Of a stretch of 64,000 nt of DNA, positions 58,681 to 64,000 are shown piece after piece (position 1 is the stretch's first letter; each line of letters opens with the position of its first letter). Source of the DNA: Anthoceros angustus (Eukaryota > Plantae > Anthocerotophyta); the NCBI GenBank assembly GCA_010909165.1, contig VJWM01000253.1, forward strand, positions 124,001-188,000. Direction: 5' to 3'. The notes below the pieces were generated by a model that searched no databases, was not told where the DNA came from, and worked only from the letters and a program-made list of their open reading frames with translations. The position numbers and the translations under genes were made by a program.

Positions 58681-61290
58681 CTAGAAATGCCGTTGTTTGT
58701 TATGCCGCAAAGATACGGAATATTGCCTTCTTGTTACGTAAACGATGGCTTTGTTACACAAGGCATGTGGTCTGCCGGACCTAAGAACTGTAATAAACCT
58801 TGTAACACGAAGACTGTGACAACCAATTCTTATAACGGTTATGAGGTGCGGGGTAAGGCCTGGTGGTACGCTCGGTAACCCGGGTTTGTCAGTGTTTCTA
58901 ACCCAGGAGATGACAATGTCGGTCCGTAGTGTTGGACGTGTCTCCTCATGTTCGCCGCATCGCTGCTTTGAAGCTGCGAGCTGGAGTTTTTATTTTGAAT
59001 TCTAAAGGTTTCCGGTTTGGTTTTGATGCCTCTCCCGACATGTGTGAACTTGCCATGTGCATGTACAATGTCCGCCACACATTATATTCTCGCATGATTT
59101 ATCAATTTATACCGCATTTTATAGGTGGCTCTAAACAGAATACATATAAATTCACAAAACTGCATGTACTATACGGATCGTGACGATCGAAGTTTGCGCG
59201 GGGTTCACCCGACACGGACCTTCCGAGTATGTGCATCCAAGCACTAATCATAATCACCGGGTATCTCACCAGACGCTTATGACGCCGCCTTTCGCTTTTC
59301 GCTGGTCCTCGAGGGTTTGTAGCGCCCGCCTTTTTCCCGCCGATGCTGAATGCCATCGCCTCATGCACATCGTGCTCGTTGTGCGCATGAGAAAGAATCC
59401 ACATCAACCCCACAACGCACATGACATGCATGTGGACATATAAATTTGGTCATGGCCACCACCCTTTCGCTTTGTCTTTCCCCTTGGCACTTATGCACTT
59501 TGAGTCACCGCTGCCAGCCCTCGCATTCGCCTCCAATGTGGCACTTTATGCCGCCCCTTGTTCTTGAAACTTTCTCAGACGCTTCAAAGATTTTCGACAT
59601 CGTCTGTCAAATTCTCGATTGGCCTCCTCCTAGTGACTCGATGTTGTGCCATCCGCCACCGTATGTTGTTTTCCATGTCCTTTCACCCTCTCCGCTTCCT
59701 CCTCCTCTGTTGCTTCCCCATCCTCGTTATCTTTGTCTCCCGCATTAACTTCACGGCCTGTTTCCTCTTCCTGTTCCGAATCACCTTCGTGATCCCCTTC
59801 TTCTCCATCCGCTGTTTTCCCCTTCGCACCATCCATCGACGGGCGCCGCCGCCCATATCGCTACCTTCCGAATCCGATCAATTATTGCAGATTTTCGTGA
59901 ATGCTTTGACCCATGTCTCTCGCTTGGCCCTCGATGCATACCTCGTGATTTCAAAACCGGCACCGACCGGCCCCGCACATCCCATAGTTCCATTTTTTGT
60001 TAGTGGGCGAGTGATCCAAAATCACACTCGCCAGTTGGCTCCTCCCATACTTCTCTTGGAACTTAAAACCCATCCTCGTCCGCTTGGCCCCATGGATTGG
60101 GCCCTTCTCCATTTGATTTCTCGATCGAGTCTTAGGCAAGTGATGCCTTGGATGGCAAAAATTTCCATCTTTGAGTTCAACCCGTGCCCATGTGAGAATC
60201 TCGCCATACCCTTTCATCATGGAAAAATGCTGTCAATTTTTGCCTACCCTCTTCTCCTCAGGCGCGGGCTTTGTGCCTCGACATACCTGCTTGTTCCTTG
60301 TTCGAGTGTATTGGTGAACTCGATGAAATCATCCCTTTGCGAGAAGATCCGAGGCGGCCCTTACATGCACATTTTCTTCCTCGAGACAACGGCAAGTCGC
60401 TCCACTTTCACGGAATTTCGTTTGCCTCTGCTGCGTATTACTTCCATGAACTTCTTATGCCTCGGGACTCAAGCCCAGAAGGTCAATGTAGATGGAGGCT
60501 TTGGCTTCCCGTGTGCTCCATATCTTCGCAACTACACTGAGTGCGGTTGCTCTTGAATCCACCTACTCCCGTGTTTTCCAAAGCTTCGGACCGGTGTTGT
60601 CTATTCCACACCTACTTCGGCCCATCTTTGCGAAACATTGTGGGGAGGAAGCACCCGCCTCCTGCGACAAAGTTCCCTGCCCATACCTTGCGTGCAAGCG
60701 AGCAACACGATGGCCACCGAGATTCCCTTCCGCTTCATAAGCTTCTTGGGAATCCGGAACTTCATCAGTGGATGAAATCCTCCCCATATGCCTGCAGTTT
60801 GCGACTTACGGTGATGCCGGGATCCCTGCATTTCCATTTCTCCCCAAACTCCGGCCGTCGAAATCAAAGCGCTACCATGCACGCCTTGGCGGCGGATATG
60901 TCGATCGAAAACAAGTAGGAGGGCATGTGGGCGCATACGGTACATGGTCATACTAGGCAATTGCATCGGCCAAACCTTGCTCACTTTCGAAATTGACATA
61001 GCCTACAAAGGAGTGCACTATGCATCACACTATAGCTACAACCATCCACCACAACGATATGAACATGTTATGGGTCATCCTCGGACCGTTGTCACCACCA
61101 TACATCACAAATAGGGGACCATCGAATTACGCTCGGCTAATCTCGCAGCCCAAGCAAGGTCGTGTAAGTTTGGGACGCAAGCTCACGCCTGGGATGCACG
61201 CCCACAACCTCGCCACACTTCCACGGATTGCCGGTGCAAGCGGTGTATTTCAATCCTTCAAGCCCTGGCCGCCATGAATACCAAACATGT

Positions 61291-62450
61291 CACTACAAGG
61301 AGGGGCCACTTTTACAAATGGGTCTAAGTTTAGTTAGAGGAAACTACAACACTCTTACTATTATTCAAAGCCTGTAAGTTTTTGAACATTTACAACAAGG
61401 GTTCCTAACTAATATGATGTGGCATGGATTTTACAACAGGGGTTTGTTGACATGGCATGTTGACACGAATTTTACAACGGGGATTTGTTGACATGGCATG
61501 TTGACACGAATTTTACAACGGGGTTTGTTGACATGGCTTGCTCGTTGTACATGACGTTGTTAATTGTGCATAAACTCTTTTTGATTTAGAAAACTATGGG
61601 GGGGTTATTTGTTAATAAAACTACATTTTGTTGAATTTATAATGACGTGGCATAAAGGATGTTGTAAACGGTACTTGTAAAAGACGTTGTAAACCATGTT
61701 TGTTGTAGATGTGGTTGTAAATTGTGCAAGACTTGATTTTTGGAATAATACCATTTATTGGAATATCTATGAATAGATTTATTATTTGCTGATGTGGCAA
61801 GTTCGCAAATGATGTTGTAAATATGTTTCTCTGGATGTTAGTTATGGGATTATCTTTTTTTTTTGTATTTATCGACGTGTCACATGCATTGTAGCTATGG
61901 TTGTAAACGCATGAAAACCATTTTATATAAATATCTATAAATAAATTTATTATTTGCTGACATGGCAAGCTCATTGCAAATATCATTGTAAAATGGTTTC
62001 TCCAATTTATGTTATATTATTGGATTATTCATTTATTGTATATTTATCGACGCACATGCGTCAGAACTATGGTTGTAAAATGCACAAGCCAGCCAATATC
62101 CATGAATAAATATATTATTTGCTGATGTGGCATGTTGTAAAATGCCGTTGTAAAATTTTGGAAGAGACCTTTTCCTTATTTATGTAATTTATGAGGTTAT
62201 ATATTAGTAAGATTGCGATGTGGCATGCCTTTTCCTTATTTATGTAATTTATGAGGTTATATATTAGTAAGATTGTGATGTGGCATGCTTGTCGAAATGC
62301 CGTTGTAAATATGTGGAAGAGACCTTTTCCGATTTATGTCATTTATGAGGCTATATATTAGTGAAATTGTCATGTATGTTCATTGCAAATACATTGTAAA
62401 ATGTTATACAAATTTATCGATTTATAAATAGTGCCAGCATTGTAAATGTC
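61291..62450 (+). mobile_element. CACTA-type non-autonomous DNA transposon fragment
   Basis: Starts CACTACAAG. Many TTTACAAC/GTTGTAAA motifs occur in both orientations, with a 41-bp x3 array (61430-61540) and a 60-bp duplication (62170-62290). No matching right terminus or TSD was found. Confidence 0.5.
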
Positions 62451-62459
62451 GGTAAGAAT

Positions 62460-63400
62460 TTTCCTAGCCAAGTCACAAAACGAGGCATGCATCTTGGCAC
62501 AGTCCACCTGTGGAAGCGCCCACAAGTACGTTATCCAAATGTCCTCTTTGCACAAGTCGTGAGTGCCACCGCCTTCAGAAGGCACCAATGCTTGCACATG
62601 CCTTCAAAAGGCAAGCAAAAGTAACCTCATCGCCCACAAGCAGGCCCTCCTGTTGCATTCGTCCATACAAAAATAGCGCCTCTTGACCAAGCCCTTTCGT
62701 CCATACCCAAAGAATCGTGGCATTCCAAGTCACCACATCCTTTGGGCTCAAGCATTGAAAAACTTGATGCGCATCTTCTACTCGCCACACTTTGCCTACA
62801 TGTCCACCGCAAGTGCCCACAAGTGTGTTATCTAGTGTCCTCTCTCCACAACTGTGGAGTGCACCGCGCCTTCCGTAAGGCACTTGCTTGCACAGCTCAA
62901 GGCAAGGCAAGCAAAGGTAACATGGTTGCCCACAATCGTGCCCTCCTTCTCCATTTGTCCATACAGAATAAGCGCCTCTTGGCCAAGCCCATGATTTGCA
63001 TACCCAACTATCGGGCCCATGTCACGACATCCTTTACGCTAACCTATCGAAACCGTGTTTGCCTCTTCCGCCACCACGCTATACATGTCCACCAGACTTG
63101 GCAATAAACAAGTTCGGTGGAATGTCACGGCAACATATCATGCCGCACTTTTCTCGCTAGATTCCGTGTCCACAAAGAAATGCACAAGCTTGAAGGGTGC
63201 TACAAAGATGTGGGCATCCGCCACACCAGCGACACATCGATAGTAAAGTTGTATCGCCTCATTAGGCTCCCCATGTGTAGCATGTGCGAGATTATTGAAA
63301 ACCACATGAAGGGATTTGGTTTGCCCACCCTCCGTAGAGCCTACCTCCGGATACATACATCCGCAAGATATGGTTCCCCAAGTATGTGATTGACTCACTC
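62460..63400 (-). pseudogene. Degenerate PLS-class PPR gene, paralog of 20125-22401
   Basis: HGEPNEAIQLY...DAHIFVA; GYANHGLGQEALILYGQMEKEG...VTFACL; VEDAHQVFQCLSPKDVVTWNA...GLGQEALFLYGRMQQEG...VTFACLLKACAS, split across frames. Confidence 0.85.
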
Positions 63401-64000
63401 AAGTTTGACCGTGAGATCATGAACGCGCCATCCCACAACCATGTCCTTCTTATCGCACAAAGTTTTAGCACGATATATAAGATGGATGAGGAATAGAATA
63501 GTCTATCACGCTAGATTTTCAGAGCTCCAACGGCCTCGAAGCTTTCCCTACTCACATAACGTTGATGGTTACAGTGTCACGACTCCCATATCCAATCCGG
63601 CACACCTCCTGTGCTCAGCCGGAGAGCTCGACTTGGAAGGAGAAGCACAATGACCCACGCATATTCAAAGAAACAAGCTTCTCATCCAACAAGTCGGCTT
63701 GAACATGTTGTTTAACCCGAGGACCTCACGGACTCCTTGCACCGAATGTCGGTGAGCGAGAGCTCCTCTTACCTCGCCTAGTTTCCCACGCACAAGAGGG
63801 GAGTCCTAGGAAGTGGTGATGGGAGGATTACTTGGTGTGTCACACCGAGAAGCGGTGGCCGCTCAAGTCCACACGAGTCCTAGTCCTATCTATTCAAATA
63901 GGTAGGATTCAAGTCCTTGGTCTTTGGGTTTGGGAAAACAGACTCAAGTCCTTGGTCTTGGGTTTGAATGATGTTCCTTGGTCCTTGGGAAAGTAGCAAG

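Noticed and set aside
59558-60556. 332-aa plus-strand ORF
   Set aside because: No recognisable domain. The composition looks like the antisense of an acidic minus-strand frame.

Overview
Eukaryotic nuclear DNA from a land plant. The short GT-AG introns, PLS-class PPR genes and non-chromovirus Ty3/gypsy element suggest a non-seed lineage (hornwort, lycophyte, fern or bryophyte); this is inference. The left third (1-22.5 kb) is gene-rich: a PR-10/Bet v1 gene, a CAND2/TPRA1-like membrane protein, a BRO1-domain gene, a nucleobase-ascorbate transporter (NAT/NCS2) and an intact PLS-E+ PPR gene. The remainder (24-64 kb) is a nest of LTR retrotransposons ending in a CACTA-like fragment and a decayed PPR paralog. 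Main results: (1) the NAT gene carries two tandem 101-nt exons 48 nt apart that look mutually exclusive. (2) A full-length gypsy element (40106-53314) has about 3.7-kb LTRs that each contain a protein-coding region, and homologs of that ORF occur in two other LTR-like families in the window. (3) A Ty1/copia element with TA...CA termini and an AGGAC target-site duplication is split by a reciprocal inversion with 4-bp microhomology at both breakpoints. From about 29 kb onward, paralogous copies differ by many 1-3 nt deletions, so some frameshifts and one 2.6-kb duplication may be long-read assembly error. No rRNA, tRNA or CRISPR array was found.
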